Origin: an uncultured Gemmatimonadales bacterium | GTDB lineage: Bacteria; Gemmatimonadota; Gemmatimonadetes; Longimicrobiales; RSA9 | DNA: 64,000 nt | Reading direction: 5' to 3' | Assembly: GCA_963741945.1 (NCBI GenBank) | Contig: CAVUKA010000003.1 | Span: 96,001 to 160,000 of the forward strand | Shown: positions 17,296 through 30,716 of the stretch, one piece after another | Position numbering within the stretch: the stretch's first letter is position 1 | How the letters are laid out: each line of letters begins with the position of its first letter | Notes under the pieces: generated by a model | What the model was told of the DNA's origin: nothing | What the model saw: the letters and a program-made list of their open reading frames with translations, nothing else | The model's database searches: none | Position numbers and translations under genes: made by a program

Positions 17296-18249
17296 GCCGA
17301 CGCCGGGCGTGGTCGCCGCCACCAGCGCGACCAGCGTGACCCACAGCGCCGACGTCATGGCCACGTACGCTACCGCCGCCCCGACGCCGAACGTGCGGCC
17401 ACCCAGCCACACGCTCACCACCGCCAGCCCGACCACCAGCAGCGCCGGCAGCGTGGCCAGCGACGCGAGACCGGGCCGCACGGGCCGCGCTGCACGGACC
17501 ACCACCGGCAGCGCCAGCATCCCGGCCGCGCTCGCCGCCGCCAGCCCGTAGCGCTCCAGCGCCAGCCAGCTCCTCCCGGCCGCGTCCAGGGACGCGGCAT
17601 CCAGCAGCGGCCAGCCGAGACAGCGCACGATGGACCCCGGCTCCGCGGCCACGATCCCACCCACCAGGACCAGCAGCGCCCCTGCGGCCACCGCCCGCGC
17701 CAGTCCGCGCACCGCCGTGGGCGCGTCCGCGCTTTTCACCCCAGGCACCCCAGGCATCCCCGGCTCGGCTCCAGTCGCCATGGCAGCGCCACCCTGCCGC
17801 GCCACGGCCGCAACGGCGGCGGCCACGACCAGGGCGAGGGCGAGCAGCGCGGACGTGAGGTCGACCACCGCCAGCCAGCGCGGGATTCCCGTCACCACGG
17901 TCAGCGCGCCGAGCGCGGCCACGACGGCGAACAGCGCCAGGGCGAGAGCGGGCGCGCGACTGACCCACCACCCCGCGCGCCGACGCCATCCCAGCACGGC
18001 CGCGGCAAGGACCAGCGGCGCCGCCAGGAGCACGCTCACACGATGGGTCCATTCAATGATGGATGCGGCTTCCGCCGGCGGCACGACACTGCCGAAGCAG
18101 CCGGGCCAGTCGGGGCACCCGTACGTGGAGCCGGTGAAGCACACCACGCCGCCCATGGTGACCAGAAGCCACGTGGCGGCCGCGGCGGTGAGCAGCAGGT
18201 TGCGATGTCCCGCAGATACGCGCGGCGTCGTCGGGTTGGTTGCGTGCAC
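17209..18249 (-). CDS. ctaA: Heme A synthase (CtaA/COX15)-like membrane protein, degenerate
   Basis: GCPDWPGC and IEWTHR motifs, about 8 TM, second-half CLGWP; other heme-ligand His residues are not visible. Confidence 0.7.
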   Translation of the reverse strand: MHATNPTTPRVSAGHRNLLLTAAAATWLLVTMGGVVCFTGSTYGCPDWPGCFGSVVPPAEAASIIEWTHRVSVLLAAPLVLAAAVLGWRRRAGWWVSRAPALALALFAVVAALGALTVVTGIPRWLAVVDLTSALLALALVVAAAVAAVARQGGAAMATGAEPGMPGVPGVKSADAPTAVRGLARAVAAGALLVLVGGIVAAEPGSIVRCLGWPLLDAASLDAAGRSWLALERYGLAAASAAGMLALPVVVRAARPVRPGLASLATLPALLVVGLAVVSVWLGGRTFGVGAAVAYVAMTSALWVTLVALVAATTPGVGSLHGRLVLGLAGEEPNEDAHHHQEANQR

Positions 18250-18371
18250 GGCACGATTCCATCAGGGGCCGCGCGCCGGATCGCGGCCGGGAGCGACCAC
18301 GCTCGCGGCAGGGGCGCAGACAACCGTACATGCCGGCGGCGGACGCCGCAATCCGGTTCGTTGATTGTCTC

Positions 18372-18391
18372 AGATGCATGAAGCTTGCATG
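18372..18391. promoter_or_regulatory. Imperfect palindrome, NsrR/Rrf2-like operator candidate in the ctaA/actA divergent region
   Basis: AGATGCAT-gaagc-TTGCATG; AT-rich patch in a GC-rich background. Confidence 0.35.
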
Positions 18392-18465
18392 GCCGGCCGC
18401 CCGTCCCCGAAGTGCGCTTCATCAGCCGACAGTCGAAGGAAGAGGACGGACGGAAACGGAGACGA

Positions 18466-19112
18466 ATGCCGGCACCTTTTCCCAGTTGGTCCAATCAGGC
18501 GTTCCGGCTCGCGATCGCGGGCGCGGTGGTGCTGGTGCTGGTGTTGCCTCTCCTGCTGATGGCGTGGGTCCGCTCGCCCTGGAACACGGGCGAGCAACGC
18601 TCCCTCGAGCAGCCGGTCCATTTCGACCACCGCCACCACGTCTCCGATGACGGAATCGACTGCCTCTACTGCCACGACCTGGCCGACCAGTCCCGCTACG
18701 CCGGGATCCCGGGCGCCGGCAAGTGCATGAACTGCCACAACCAGATCTGGAACGAGAGCCCCGCCCTCGAGCCCGTGCGACAGAGCTACTTCCGCGGGAT
18801 CACCCTCGCCTGGAACCAGGTCTACGCCCTCCCGGACTTCGTCTATTTCGACCACTCCCAGCACGTGCTCAATGGCGTCGGCTGCGAAGAGTGTCACGGC
18901 CGCGTGGACCAGCAGCCGCGCATCGTGCAGGTCCCGCCCCTCACCATGTCCTGGTGCCTCGCGTGCCACCGCGACCCGGCCCCGCACCTCCGGCCCCTGG
19001 ACCAGGTCACCACCATGGGCTGGACGTTCCGCGGCGATCGCGATTCTCTCGCCGCCGCCCTCGCCGAGAAGTACGACGTCCGCCCCATGACGTCCTGCAC
19101 CACGTGCCACCG

Positions 19113-19116
<4 letters not shown>
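18466..19116 (+). CDS. actA: Alternative complex III pentaheme cytochrome c subunit
   Basis: N-terminal TM; QPVHFDHRHH; five CxxCH (CLYCH, CMNCH, CEECH, CLACH, CTTCH); LPDFVYFDHSQH. Confidence 0.93.
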
Positions 19117-22474
<3,358 letters not shown>

Positions 22475-22475
<1 letters not shown>

Positions 22476-23854
22476 TGGACAACCAGCGTACGCCCACCCC
22501 CACCCTGGAGCGCTGGCCCGTGGTCGCGGGCCACCCCAGCTACGCCCACATCACCACGGAGATCCTGGAGCCGATCTGGAAGCGCAAGCCCACCAGCTGG
22601 CGCCTCTTCATGGCGTTCACGGGGCTGGGCGCCATGGGCTTCATGGGCGTGGTCACCTACACGATCGTCACCGGGATCGGGGTGTGGGGCAACAACATCC
22701 CGGCGGCGTGGGCGTTCGCCATCACCAACTTCGTCTGGTGGATCGGCCTCGGTCACGCGGGGACGTTCATTTCCGCGTTCCTCCTGCTGCTGGAGCAGAA
22801 GTGGCGCAGTTCGATCAACCGGACGGCCGAGGCCATGACGCTCTTCGCCATCGCCATGGCCGGGCTCTTCCCCATGCTCCACCTGGGGCGCGCCTGGTTC
22901 TTCTACTGGCTGATCCCCTACCCGGCCACCATGGGGACCTGGCCCCAGTTCCGTAGCTCGCTCCCCTACGACGCCGCCGCGATCTTCACATACTTCACCG
23001 TGTCCGTGCTGTTCTGGTACCTGGGCGTGGTCCCCGACTTCGCTTCCGCCCGCGACCGCGCGCCCAGCCGGCTCAAGGCGAGGATTTACGGCGCGCTCTC
23101 CCTCGGCTGGCGCGGCGCCGCCCGCGACTGGAAGCGCTACCGCATCGGCTACGGCCTCCTGGCCGGGCTCGCCACACCGCTGGTGATCTCCGTGCACTCC
23201 ATCGTGTCCATGGACTTCGCCATCGCGCAGCTCCCCGGCTGGCACAGCACCATCTTCCCGCCCTACTTCGTGGTCGGCGCCATCTACTCCGGCTTTGCCC
23301 TCGTCATCATGCTGCTCGTCCCCATCCGGCACCTGCTCGGCTGGAAGGACGTCATCACGAAGCGCCACCTGAACGTACTCGGCAAGATCCTGCTCGTGAC
23401 CGGCTCGCTCATGGGCTACTCCTACATCACCGAGACGTTCTCCGCCTGGTACTCCGGCGACATCTACGAGCGCTTCATCTACCTCTGGCACCGCCCCATC
23501 GGATGGCACTGGCTCTACTGGGCCATGATCTTCTGCAACGCCATCGTGCCGCACCTGTTCTGGAGTCGACGGATGCGCAACAGCTCCATCGCGCTCTTCC
23601 TCGGCTCGTTCCTGATCTTCATGGGGATGTGGATCGAGCGGCTGGTGCTCATCGTCAGCAGCCTCGACCGCGACTTCCTCCCCTCCAGCTGGCACGCCTA
23701 CTTCCCGACCTGGGTCGACTTCGCGCTGCTCTTCGGCTCCATATGCACCTTCGTCTTCCTCTTCATGGCGCTGCTGCGCTGGGTGCCCGGCGTGCCCATC
23801 CACGAGGTGAAGAAGCTGCGACGCGAACTGGAGCAGGAAGGAGCGCTGTCGTGA
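22475..23854 (+). CDS. actC: Alternative complex III subunit C (NrfD-family quinol-oxidising membrane subunit)
   Basis: FVWWIGLGHAGTFISA, INRTAEAMT, HLGR, LVISVHSIVS, WHSTIFPPYFV, MWIER. Confidence 0.93.
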
Positions 23855-24504
23855 TCCCCGATGTCATGCGCATCCGGATCCTGGGCGAGTTCGATACGCC
23901 CGACGCGGTCGAGGCCGCCGTGGCCGCCCTCAAACACAAGGGCTACGTCGGCATCGAGGCGTTCACGCCATGGGACATGGAGAAAGTCACGGAGACGCTC
24001 GAGCTCCCGCGCGGCGAGATCCCGCTCTACACGCTGCTCTTCGGCATCCTCGGCGCGGTGCTCGGCTACGGGATCCAGTGGTGGACCAATGCCATTGACT
24101 TTCCCATCAACGTGGGCGGCCGGCCGCTGAATCCCATCCCGTCGTTCGTCATGATCACGTTCGAGACGACGGTCCTGTTCGCCGCGTTCGGCGCCTTCCT
24201 GGGGGTCCTGGCCAGCTCGCGCCTGCCGATGCTGTGGCAGCCCATTTTCGAGGTGCCGGGCTTCGAGCGCGCGACCGACGACCGCTTCTTCATCGGCATC
24301 GATGAGCAGGACCCGCTCTTCCGGTTCGAGAACACGCGGGAAGACCTGCTGAACGCGGGCGCCATCCGGGTGGAGCGCGTACCCGAGAAATGGGAGGTCG
24401 TTGAGCGGGAGAAGCGGGAGGCGAGGCTGCGGCAGCGGGGCGTCGCCGGGCCCTTGGCAGCACCCGAAGAGCGGGTGCCGCCGCCACCGGAGGAGCGGCC
24501 ATGA
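23851..24504 (+). CDS. actD: Alternative complex III subunit D (DUF3341)
   Basis: LGEFDTP, EAFTPW, two TM around INVGGRP, FETTVL, RATDDRFF; GTG overlaps the actC stop. Confidence 0.9.
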   Translation: MIPDVMRIRILGEFDTPDAVEAAVAALKHKGYVGIEAFTPWDMEKVTETLELPRGEIPLYTLLFGILGAVLGYGIQWWTNAIDFPINVGGRPLNPIPSFVMITFETTVLFAAFGAFLGVLASSRLPMLWQPIFEVPGFERATDDRFFIGIDEQDPLFRFENTREDLLNAGAIRVERVPEKWEVVEREKREARLRQRGVAGPLAAPEERVPPPPEERP

Positions 24505-25220
24505 CCCGGCGCGCCCTGCCGCTCCTGCTCCTGCTCCCCCTTCTCGCCGCCGGCGCGTGCCAGCGGGGCGGCGGGACCGTGTCCTGGGGCTGGGAGCGCA
24601 TGATCAACCAGCGCTCCCTCAGGGCCTACGAGCCGTCCGACCTGTTCGCCGACTCCATGGGCATGCGCATCCCGCCCGACGGGACCGTGCCCCGGAACGC
24701 GCCGATCGGCGCACGCGCCGTGCTCACCGGCCGGGTCGGGCGCGACACCACCGTGGCCGCATCCCGTGACACCGCCGCGCCCAGACAGCCCGGCCGACGG
24801 GAGGCCGCCGCCGTCCAGAAAATCCCGATTCCGCTCACCATCACGGACCTGGAACGCGGCCGGAACCGCTTCGACATCTACTGCGCGCCCTGCCACGGTG
24901 TGGACGGTCGCGCGCAGACGCCCGTGGCCTCGAACATGCCGCTGAAGAAGCCGGCCGACCTCCTCTCGGACATGGTCCGGACCGCGCCGGACGGTCACAT
25001 CTTTTCGGTGATGACCGAAGGCTGGGGCTTCATGCCATCCTACGCCGCCGACCTGAAGGTTCACGACCGATGGGCGGTGGTGGCCTACGTGCGCGCCCTC
25101 GAACTCGCGCAGGGCGCGCCACTGGATTCCCTGCCACAAGGGATCCGCGATGAATTCCACGCCGCCGTCCCCGCCGCCCGCGGCGGGGCCGCGCGCGACT
25201 CGGCGGGAGGGAGCCCATGA
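24501..25220 (+). CDS. actE: Alternative complex III monoheme cytochrome c lipoprotein
   Basis: Lipobox AGAC; MRIPPDGTVPR; RFDIYCAPCHG; MPSYA; DRWAVVAYVRAL. Confidence 0.9.
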   Translation: MTRRALPLLLLLPLLAAGACQRGGGTVSWGWERMINQRSLRAYEPSDLFADSMGMRIPPDGTVPRNAPIGARAVLTGRVGRDTTVAASRDTAAPRQPGRREAAAVQKIPIPLTITDLERGRNRFDIYCAPCHGVDGRAQTPVASNMPLKKPADLLSDMVRTAPDGHIFSVMTEGWGFMPSYAADLKVHDRWAVVAYVRALELAQGAPLDSLPQGIRDEFHAAVPAARGGAARDSAGGSP

Positions 25221-26422
25221 GCACCGTCGGCCCGCCACGGAGGGTCGAAGCGCACGTCATCCGCCACGCGCGCCGGGTCATCACACCCGCGCTCATTGCC
25301 GCGGGAGTCGGCCTCCTGGGCTTCGTGGGCGGGCTGATCCTGGATCCGCAGCGCGCGCTATACAGCTACCTGGCGGCCTTCGCGTTCGGCATTTCCGTGG
25401 CCCTCGGCGCGCTCTTCATGGTGATGATCTCCCACGTCACGAACGCCAAATGGTTCGTGGTGGTGCGGCGCATCGCGGAATCCATTGCGGGCACGCTCCC
25501 GCTCTTCGCCATCCTCGTGATCCCCGTGCTGGCGGGCGCGGGCGCCATCTATCCCTGGGTGACGCCCGTCCACCTGCCGCCCGAGGAAGCGGCCAACGTT
25601 GCGACGAAGGCTGCCTACCTGAACGTCCCGTTCTTCATCGGCCGGACGATCATCTACTTCCTCGTCTGGATCGGGCTGGACACGTCGCTGCGCCGCTGGT
25701 CGCTCCGCCAGGACCGCGACCCGGACGACGCGCCGCCGCGACGCGCCGTCAACCTCAGCGGACCGGGCCTCGCCGCCACCGGACTCACGGTCTCCTTCGC
25801 GGCCATGGACTGGCTCATGTCGCTCTCGCCCACCTGGGTCTCGTCCGTGTTCGGCGCCTACTGGTTCGCCGGGACCATGTACGCGGGCATTGCCGCAATC
25901 ACGGTGGCCGCGGCCGCGTTCCAGCGTTCCGGACTCGTCGATGACGAGGTGGCGAGCGGACAGTTCTACGCCCTCGGTCGGCTGATGCTCGTGTTCACCA
26001 TCCTCTGGGCCTATCTCGGCTTCTCCCAGGGGTTCCTCATGTACATCGCCGATCTCCCGCACGAGATCACCTGGTACCTCGATCGCACGCTCGGCGGATG
26101 GGGCGTCGTGTTCGGCATCGTCGTCATCGGGCATTTCTTCGTCCCGTTCTTCGCTCTCCTCTCCTACAGGATCAAGCAGGACGGCCGCAGGCTGGCGCTG
26201 GTGGCCGGCTGGATGCTCCTGATGAGCTACGTCGAGATGTTCTGGTTCGTCATTCCCGCGCTCCACGGCCGCGATTTCAGCGCCCGCTGGTTCGACCCGT
26301 TCACGCTCCTGCTCGTCCTCGGCGCAGCCATCGCCTTCGGTGCCTGGCGCCTGACCGGTGAGGCCACCGTGCCGTGGCGCGATCCGCGCATCCTCGCCTC
26401 CATCGGGTATCGCCGTGAGTGA
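25217..26422 (+). CDS. actF: Alternative complex III subunit F (membrane)
   Basis: About 10 TM; KAAYLNVPFF, DWLMSLSPTWVSS, WAYLGFSQ, LPHEITWY. Confidence 0.88.
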   Translation: MSTVGPPRRVEAHVIRHARRVITPALIAAGVGLLGFVGGLILDPQRALYSYLAAFAFGISVALGALFMVMISHVTNAKWFVVVRRIAESIAGTLPLFAILVIPVLAGAGAIYPWVTPVHLPPEEAANVATKAAYLNVPFFIGRTIIYFLVWIGLDTSLRRWSLRQDRDPDDAPPRRAVNLSGPGLAATGLTVSFAAMDWLMSLSPTWVSSVFGAYWFAGTMYAGIAAITVAAAAFQRSGLVDDEVASGQFYALGRLMLVFTILWAYLGFSQGFLMYIADLPHEITWYLDRTLGGWGVVFGIVVIGHFFVPFFALLSYRIKQDGRRLALVAGWMLLMSYVEMFWFVIPALHGRDFSARWFDPFTLLLVLGAAIAFGAWRLTGEATVPWRDPRILASIGYRRE

Positions 26423-26879
26423 GTCGCCCCGCCGTCCCGGCCTGGACCAGGAGGAGGACCGCATCAACGCCACTGGCGCGGCCATCCTGACCACGTTCGG
26501 CGTGTTCATGGTGGCCATCGCCATGTGGGCGGGCGTCCAGAAGGTGGAGAGCATAGGCGGACGGGAGGTCACGCCATCCACCGCCCAGGAGACCCCGCCG
26601 CGAACCGAGGAGGTGCGCCCCGTCCGTGCCATCGGCGCCATCAACGTCACGGACATCCTGGCGGACTCCAGCACGCGCGCGGACCGGGACCTGAGGAAGA
26701 AGCGGCTCGACGCCTACGGCTGGGCCGACCGGGACCGGGGCGTGGTCACCATCCCCATCGAGCGCGCCATGCAGCTCGTGGCCGAACGTGCCCGGGGCGC
26801 GACAGGCGGGAGCGGCAGCCCCGACGACTCGGCTCACCAGGCACCCGGAGCCCCCGGGCCAGCGCAGGAGGCGCCATGA
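26415..26879 (+). CDS. Single-TM protein in the ActG position between actF and coxB
   Basis: One TM; LDAYGWADRDRGVVTIPIERAMQLV; overlaps both neighbours. Confidence 0.7.
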   Translation: MSESPRRPGLDQEEDRINATGAAILTTFGVFMVAIAMWAGVQKVESIGGREVTPSTAQETPPRTEEVRPVRAIGAINVTDILADSSTRADRDLRKKRLDAYGWADRDRGVVTIPIERAMQLVAERARGATGGSGSPDDSAHQAPGAPGPAQEAP

Positions 26880-27970
26880 CGTTCTTCCCCCTCGCTGCCG
26901 CCGTGCTGGCCGACCCGAGCTCGCCGCTTTCCGACTTCCTGGGCGCCGTCGGGAACACGCTGCACTGGCTCCTCGCGCTCCCCGTGCAGGCATCGCAGTT
27001 CGCCACCCAGGTGGACGCGCTCCAGTACATCGAGTTCGTGATCTGGTTCATCCTCGGCGTCTTCACCCTGGGCATCACAGCGCTCTTCGTGGTGCTCTTT
27101 CGCCGGCGCAGCACGGACCCGGTTGCACCGCGGACGAAGAAGGTGGTGGCGCCCACGTGGATGGAGGGCGGCGTCGCCTTCGCGCTGCTCGCCCTCTTCA
27201 TGGTCTGGTGGATGTTCGGATTCCGGCAGTATGCGAGCCGCCAGTTTCCGCCCGATGACGCGCTCACGGTGTACGCCGTCGGCAAGCAGTGGGTGTGGAA
27301 GTTCAGTTACGCGGACGGGCCCCAGTCGGTGAACATTCTCTACCTGCCGAAGGACCGCCCCATCCGCATCCTCACCACGTCCCGCGACGTCATCCATTCC
27401 TTTTTCGTGCCGGCGTTCCGCATCAAGATGGACGCGGTCCCCGGCCGCTACAACACCACCTGGTTCAAGCCCACGCGCGTGGGGCGGTACCGGCTCATGT
27501 GCGCGGAGTACTGCGGCGCCGGCCATGGCCGCATGCGCACGGACGCCATCGTGCTCCCGCCCGAAGACTTCGACCGCTGGCTCGAGGGCTACTCCCTCGA
27601 AGGGGACCACGCCACCCCCGTCCCGCCGGGCGTCCTTTCCCACGCCGGCGAGCCGCCCCGGGAGAGCATGACCATGGCGGAGCGCGGACAGCGCGTGGCG
27701 GCCGAGAAGGGCTGCTTCCAGTGCCACTCCACCGACGGCACGCGCGGCATGGGCCCGACCTGGCTCGGGCTCTACGGCTCCCGCGTGCCGCTCCAGAGCG
27801 GGGACACGGTGGTCGCCGCGCCAGGCTATCTGACCCGGTCCATGATGAAGCCCGGCGCCGACATCGTGTCGGGGTTCGCTGACATCATGCCCAGCTTCCA
27901 CGGCCGGCTCACTCAGGCCGAGGCCGCCGCGCTGGTGGAGTACATCAAGTCGATCCGGAGGTCGCCGTGA
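26876..27970 (+). CDS. coxB: Cytochrome c oxidase subunit II with fused cytochrome c (caa3 type)
   Basis: GKQWVW, DVIHSF, CuA motif CAEYCGAGHGRM, C-terminal CFQCH and MP. Confidence 0.95.
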   Translation: MTFFPLAAAVLADPSSPLSDFLGAVGNTLHWLLALPVQASQFATQVDALQYIEFVIWFILGVFTLGITALFVVLFRRRSTDPVAPRTKKVVAPTWMEGGVAFALLALFMVWWMFGFRQYASRQFPPDDALTVYAVGKQWVWKFSYADGPQSVNILYLPKDRPIRILTTSRDVIHSFFVPAFRIKMDAVPGRYNTTWFKPTRVGRYRLMCAEYCGAGHGRMRTDAIVLPPEDFDRWLEGYSLEGDHATPVPPGVLSHAGEPPRESMTMAERGQRVAAEKGCFQCHSTDGTRGMGPTWLGLYGSRVPLQSGDTVVAAPGYLTRSMMKPGADIVSGFADIMPSFHGRLTQAEAAALVEYIKSIRRSP

Positions 27971-29601
27971 GCACCACCATGGACCCGCAGGGGACGCTCC
28001 TGTACGAGGAGGAGCCCGAATCCTACCTGACGGCCGAACGGGGGCTCTGGTCGTGGCTCACCACCACGGACCACAAGCGCATCGGCCTGATGTATCTCGT
28101 CGCCACCTCGACCATGCTGGCCCTGGGCGGCACCTTCGCCATGCTCCTCCGCCTCGAGCTCCTCACCCCCGACTATACGATCGTCGGGGCCGACACCTAC
28201 AACCGCTTCTTCACCGCCCATGGCGTGATCATGGTCTGGCTCTTCATGATCCCCGCCATCCCGGCCGGCTTCGGGAACTTCCTCGTCCCGCTCATGATCG
28301 GCGCCAGGGACGTGGCCTTCCCCCGCCTCAACCTGGCCAGCTTCTACATCTACCTGGTCGGCGCGGCCATCCTCCTCTACGGCCTCGCCGCTGGCGGCGT
28401 GGACACCGGCTGGACGTTCTACACGCCCTACTCCACCCTCAGCTTCTCCCGCGTGGCCGTGGTGGCAATGGGCGTCTTCGTGCTCGGCGTCGCCACCATC
28501 ATCACCGGCGTCAACCTCATCGCCACCATCCACACGCTGCGCGCGCGGGGCATGGGGTGGGGACGCATGCCCGTCTTCGTCTGGACCATCTACGCCACGG
28601 CCATCATGCAGACGCTGGCGACGCCGGTCCTCGGCATCACGCTCGTCCTCGTCGCCATCGACCACGCCTTCCACTTCGGCATCTTCGACCCGACGCTCGG
28701 CGGCGATCCGATCCTCTACCAGCACCTCTTCTGGTTCTACTCGCATCCCGCCGTCTACATCATGATCCTGCCGGCGTTCGGCGTGATCGCCGAGGTGGTC
28801 TCCGCCTTCAGTCGCAAGAACTATTTCACCTACCGCGGCCTGGTCATTGCCTCGCTCGGCATCGCGTTCGTCGGCTTCATGGCCTGGGGGCACCACATGT
28901 TCACGTCGGGGATGAGCACCACCGACGCGGCCGTCTTCGGCATCCTTTCCATGGCCGTCTCCGTCTTCAGCGCCATCAAGGTCTTCTCCTACGTGGGCAC
29001 GCTCTACGGCGGCTCCATCTCGCTGAAGACGCCCATGCTCTACTTCTTCGAGTTCCTCTTCCTGTTCGGCGTGGGCGGCACCACGGGCGTGGCGCTGGCT
29101 TCCACGTCCCTCGACATCCAGTGGCAGGACACCTACTTCGTGGTGGCCCACTTCCACTTCATCATGGTGGGCGCCACCATGACCGCGTTCCTCGCCGCGC
29201 TCCACTACTGGTGGCCCAAGCTCTTCGGCCGCCTCTACAACGAGAAGCTCGGCGCCCTCGGCGCCATGTTCATCTTCATGGGATTCCTCGGCACGTTCGT
29301 TCCCCAGTTCCTCCTGGGGAACCAGGGCATGCCGCGCCGCCTGTACGACTATCCGCCCGAGTTCCAGACCCTCAACGACATCTCCACAGTAGGGTCCTGG
29401 TCGCTCCTGGCCGGTCTCTCGCTCATCCTCTCCTACCTGATCTACTCCCTCGTCCGGGGGGAGAAGAGTGGGGCCAATCCCTGGCGCTCGCGCGGCTTCG
29501 AATGGCTCACGCCCTCGCCACCGCCGCCGCACAACTTCGAGGTGATCCCGGACTACCGTCATCGTGAGCCCCACGACTACTGGGCCGAGGAGGACGCTTG
29601 A
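27967..29601 (+). CDS. coxA: Heme-copper oxidase subunit I, A2 type
   Basis: TDHKRIG, HGVIM, DVAFPRLN, YQHLFWFYSHPAVY (the YS motif marks A2), WGHHM, AHFH, GMPRR. Confidence 0.96.
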   Translation: MSTTMDPQGTLLYEEEPESYLTAERGLWSWLTTTDHKRIGLMYLVATSTMLALGGTFAMLLRLELLTPDYTIVGADTYNRFFTAHGVIMVWLFMIPAIPAGFGNFLVPLMIGARDVAFPRLNLASFYIYLVGAAILLYGLAAGGVDTGWTFYTPYSTLSFSRVAVVAMGVFVLGVATIITGVNLIATIHTLRARGMGWGRMPVFVWTIYATAIMQTLATPVLGITLVLVAIDHAFHFGIFDPTLGGDPILYQHLFWFYSHPAVYIMILPAFGVIAEVVSAFSRKNYFTYRGLVIASLGIAFVGFMAWGHHMFTSGMSTTDAAVFGILSMAVSVFSAIKVFSYVGTLYGGSISLKTPMLYFFEFLFLFGVGGTTGVALASTSLDIQWQDTYFVVAHFHFIMVGATMTAFLAALHYWWPKLFGRLYNEKLGALGAMFIFMGFLGTFVPQFLLGNQGMPRRLYDYPPEFQTLNDISTVGSWSLLAGLSLILSYLIYSLVRGEKSGANPWRSRGFEWLTPSPPPPHNFEVIPDYRHREPHDYWAEEDA

Positions 29602-30313
29602 GTAATCCCCGCGGCGCCGTTCGGGGCGACACCCTGGGCAGCGCCACCACGCGCGTCCGACGCCAACCGGAGGAGGGGCGGAGCGCCGAAGCCCACCTCA
29701 AGGACCACTACGCACCATGTCCAGCCAGACCCACGGTGCCCAGTTCGGCATGTGGGTCTTCATCGCCAGCGAAACGGTGATGTTCAGCGCGCTCTTCGCC
29801 CTCTTCTCCGCCTACCGCACCTCCTTCCCCGACGCCTTCAAGGAGGGGGCGCGGGTTACGGTGCTCTGGATGGGGTCCGCGGGCACGGTCACGCTCCTCC
29901 TCGCAAGCTTCCTCGTGGCCGCCGCCCTCAGCTTCGTCCGCGCCGATCGCCTGCGCGCCGGCTCCGCTTCGCTCTTCGGCGCCGCCGGCCTCGGTGCGCT
30001 CTTCCTCGTCTTCAAGTTCTGGGAGTGGGGCATCCATTTCGGCGAGGGGATCTATCCGGGCACCTACTACCATTTCGACAAGCTGCCGCCGCCGGGCGGG
30101 TCGGCCTTCTTCACCCTCTATTACGTCATGACCGGGCTCCACGCGATCCACGTCATCGGCGGCATCATCCTTCTCTCCGTGCTCGCGTGGCGGACACGAA
30201 GGCGCGCCTACGGCCCGGAGTACGACACCCCCGTCGAGCTCGGCGGCATGTACTGGCACTTCGTCGACATCGTCTGGCTCTTTCTCTGGCCCTGCTTCTA
30301 TCTGATCCATTGA
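29598..30313 (+). CDS. coxC: Cytochrome c oxidase subunit III; 5' end apparently frameshifted near 29713 (intact ORF 29717-30313)
   Basis: FGMWVFIASE, FYYVMTGLH-like LYYVMTGLHAIHV, YWHFVDIVWLFLWP; upstream frame ...AHLKDHYA begins at TTG 29598, overlapping the coxA stop. Confidence 0.85.
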
Positions 30314-30317
30314 GCCC

Positions 30318-30716
30318 ATGAAGACCTACGCCCTCACGCTCGCCGCGCTCCTGGTCCTCACCGCACTCACGTTCGGGCTCTCCTTCATCAGCCTCGGCGT
30401 CTGGCAGGCACCCGCCGCCATCCTCATCGCCGCCGCCAAGGCGTTCCTCGTCGCCCTGTTCTTCATGCACCTCGCCCGGCAGAGCGCGCCCGCACGCATG
30501 GCCGCCCTCGTCGGGCTCCTCATGGGACTCCTGCTCATCGTCATATCCACCCTCGACGTCGCCACGCGCCCCGAGCACCGCCTGCCGGGCACCGACTTCC
30601 CCGTGCTCACACCCCTGATCGCCCCCGCCGACTCGCTGCAGGACAGCCGGACCTCGCTGCCTTTGCGCCTGCCGGACACCACCACCGCAGCTTCCACCCG
30701 GCCGCCATCCCGCTGA
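30318..30716 (+). CDS. coxD: Cytochrome c oxidase subunit IV (caa3 type) with C-terminal tail
   Basis: LLVLTALT, AAAKAFLVALFFMHL, three TM. Confidence 0.88.
   Translation: MKTYALTLAALLVLTALTFGLSFISLGVWQAPAAILIAAAKAFLVALFFMHLARQSAPARMAALVGLLMGLLLIVISTLDVATRPEHRLPGTDFPVLTPLIAPADSLQDSRTSLPLRLPDTTTAASTRPPSR

Noticed and set aside
18361-18374. Full FNR box upstream of actA
   Set aside because: Only the TTGAT half matches; the right half (TCAGA) does not fit ATCAA.
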